DNA of 40,297 bases, taken from contig JNEM01008732.1 in assembly GCA_000697335.1 (NCBI GenBank), positions 1-40,297 on the forward strand, read 5' to 3'. Under the pieces are notes generated by a model. It ran no database searches, was not told the origin of the DNA, and saw nothing but the letters and a program-made list of their open reading frames with translations. Positions 38,253-40,297 of this stretch are shown here, in pieces. The position numbers and the translations under genes were made by a program. Position 1 is the stretch's first letter. Every line of letters starts with the position of its first letter. The stretch comes from Conidiobolus incongruus B7586. Lineage: Eukaryota.

Positions 38253-39203
38253 TTAATGAGTAAAAATATTTCTGAATATTCTCTTACATCGAGCTTGAAT
38301 TTTCACCATCAACAACATGAATTCATTGTTAACTTCAGGTTGAAATGTAATCGTTACGAGTGGGTTAAGAGTCATAGTTGCATGAACTAAAATAAATGTT
38401 ATCGCATCGATAATAGGCGTTCTTTGATATCCAATTGCATATTTTAAGATAAAAGTAACATATGATATACTGAGATTAGCATTATATACAAAGAACACCA
38501 TAATTATTTGTGCGATTAGCTTGAGTTTTTGGTTTTTAATAATTTTTAATAAATCATTATCCCCACTTATGATAGCGTCTTGTTTCGTCCTGTTAAGATG
38601 CTTATTAGCAACCCATCCAATTGAAAAGTAGCAAAATGTGGTGATCCAACATGGTATCATGAAGAATAAAGAGATTAAAATTGCCATAATTGAAGAAATA
38701 TAATTCCGTTTAGTAAACGGAAGGCAGGAAATTTTTGACACAGATGGGAGTCCATCATTAATAATCCAGCCATATAAAAAAATTCCAGTAGAAGGTGAAT
38801 TAGCCACAATAAAAACAAACAACCAGAATCGTAAGCTCTTTTGAGTTTTATAGCATACTATTAAAAACCTCAGGACTGACAAAATAGCAACAGTAGTAAT
38901 TTCAACTCTAGTTAGACAAAGAATAAAAAATGAGAAAAATTGACACCTGAAATTATCTTCCTCTAACCATAAGTAACCATTTATTAATTTTCCGACTGTT
39001 AGTGCAGTCAATACTTGTCCAGCAAACAATTCAATAAAACAAAACATTAATATTAGCTTAATTTCTGTTGATTTGATATTGCACTTTTGGATCAAGATAT
39101 AAATTATGAATACGTTTAATATTAAAATGATTATACCCATCACCAAAGATATGATATTAACCAAAAATTTGATAAAATTTAAATCATTAAAATAGAAATC
39201 CAT
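38253..39203 (-). CDS. Rhodopsin-like (class A-type) 7TM G protein-coupled receptor, intronless
   Basis: Seven hydrophobic segments; TM1 LILNVFI, TM3 C...LSVLRFLIVC (DRY-equivalent), ECL2 Cys (SCLPF), TM5 CYFSI, TM7 LNPLV; likely start MDFYFND at 39203. Confidence 0.85.
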   Translation of the reverse strand: MDFYFNDLNFIKFLVNIISLVMGIIILILNVFIIYILIQKCNIKSTEIKLILMFCFIELFAGQVLTALTVGKLINGYLWLEEDNFRCQFFSFFILCLTRVEITTVAILSVLRFLIVCYKTQKSLRFWLFVFIVANSPSTGIFLYGWIINDGLPSVSKISCLPFTKRNYISSIMAILISLFFMIPCWITTFCYFSIGWVANKHLNRTKQDAIISGDNDLLKIIKNQKLKLIAQIIMVFFVYNANLSISYVTFILKYAIGYQRTPIIDAITFILVHATMTLNPLVTITFQPEVNNEFMLLMVKIQARCKRIFRNIFTH

Positions 39204-39979
39204 TATTTGATATAAATAATTGTAAAGCAACAGTTATATTGCTATTCTGGTTTGAAATTTATTTATACACACTACAGTTTCAAATTAAGACCATTGTTTG
39301 ACGTTTGAATTCGTTAGCCATTTTGAATTATTGACTGTTTTACTAATTTCATTCACATCTAAATAAGGAAGTGGAGAACTGAAATGGCCAATTGCAGTGA
39401 GTTAACGTGATCACTTCTCGCAAATATTATGATACTTTGTCAACCAATTATTCTCAGTATCATAATATAAGATCTTTTAATCTGAAAAGTTCATCAAATT
39501 GTACTTTGACTTCTAAAATATAATCAAAGTTATTAAAGGTTAGTAAATTTTATTTATTTATATTATATAAACAGTTTAAAATCTTTTAAGAAATGTTTTT
39601 TAACTTATCTACTCTAGTAATTTAAGACAGTTGGATAACTAAATGATGAAATTATTCATAAGTTGCTAATACTCACTAATACACCCTAGCAAAAATGTTT
39701 GAGAAAGAGTTGGCTAATATTACAACCAATTAGAATTCTGTGGCAAACTCATAATTTGAACTCTACTAAACCTAGTAGATTATTTATAGATTAGTGAAAT
39801 AGATATAAGATAAATAATAATTTAACTCTGATAATTATAATAATATATTATTATTTATAGTTATTAAGATAATTTTTATTTTGTATTTGTGGAATTTAGT
39901 TAAAAAAATGATATTATTAATATAGGTTATTATCTTTATCTTTATCTATTTTTTATTTTTTATTCAAATATACTAATTA

Positions 39980-40297
39980 TTTAATCTTTAGATATATAAT
40001 AACTTTTATATTTTTAAACAAGTTCTTATCTTTTAATTTAGCTATATATCCCTTTTTCATAAAAATATTTTATTATTTTAATAAATTTTAAGAATTCAAC
40101 CTCTATTTATTTAAAATTTGAATAATACTTTTTAAAATGTTTTAAAAAATAAAAATCACTAAGTATAAAATTAAGAGAATATATTAAATATAAAAATCAT
40201 TTAAATTAATTATAAGTATAAAATATATAAAGGTTTAATTATTATATATAGATTTATATTATTATGATAATAATATATTAATTTAAATATTTATTTT
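39980..40297 (-). mobile_element. 3' part of a second hypermutated mariner (DD34D) element, truncated by the window end
   Basis: Minus strand: YYHNNINLYI (=HDNAxPHT), LYLIYSLNFILSDFYFLKHFKK (=PHPxYSPDLAPSDFxLF) and FYEKGIYS*IKR*ELV (=FYxxGIxxLxxRWxxV); D2-D3 distance 106 nt (35 codons plus a 1-nt slip). Confidence 0.85.

Noticed and set aside
38253..39203. Light-sensing opsin
   Set aside because: No lysine at the TM7 Schiff-base position.
1..40297. CRISPR arrays, rRNA, tRNA, prokaryotic operons
   Set aside because: None seen; the sequence is intron-containing eukaryotic DNA and its tandem repeats are simple microsatellites.

Overview
This is AT-rich eukaryotic (fungal) genomic DNA with short GT-AG introns of about 45-70 nt. 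The gene style, including an intronless rhodopsin-like 7TM receptor, suggests an early-diverging fungus such as an entomophthoralean/Conidiobolus-like species; that placement is inference only. Intact genes are SYF1 (3' part), a Pumilio/Puf3-type PUF protein, GABA transaminase, MSH6, NAA50/NAT5, HAS1, TTI1, two small secreted proteins, an Smr-domain protein, an orphan low-complexity protein and a class-A-like GPCR. The most notable signal lies in the apparently empty ~90% AT stretches. One holds a full-length (~1.29 kb, TIR-bounded) DD34D mariner and another the 3' end of a second mariner. Both are still largely colinear with the transposase, but almost every C and G has become T or A, which is a RIP-like hypermutation signature in a lineage where RIP is not established. 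Two dead gene copies carry mostly Gln-to-stop (CAR->TAR-type) lesions. MSH6 has an unusual N-terminus with two tandem SMARCAL1/TIPIN-type RPA32-binding motifs, a MIP-like box and a PIP box.
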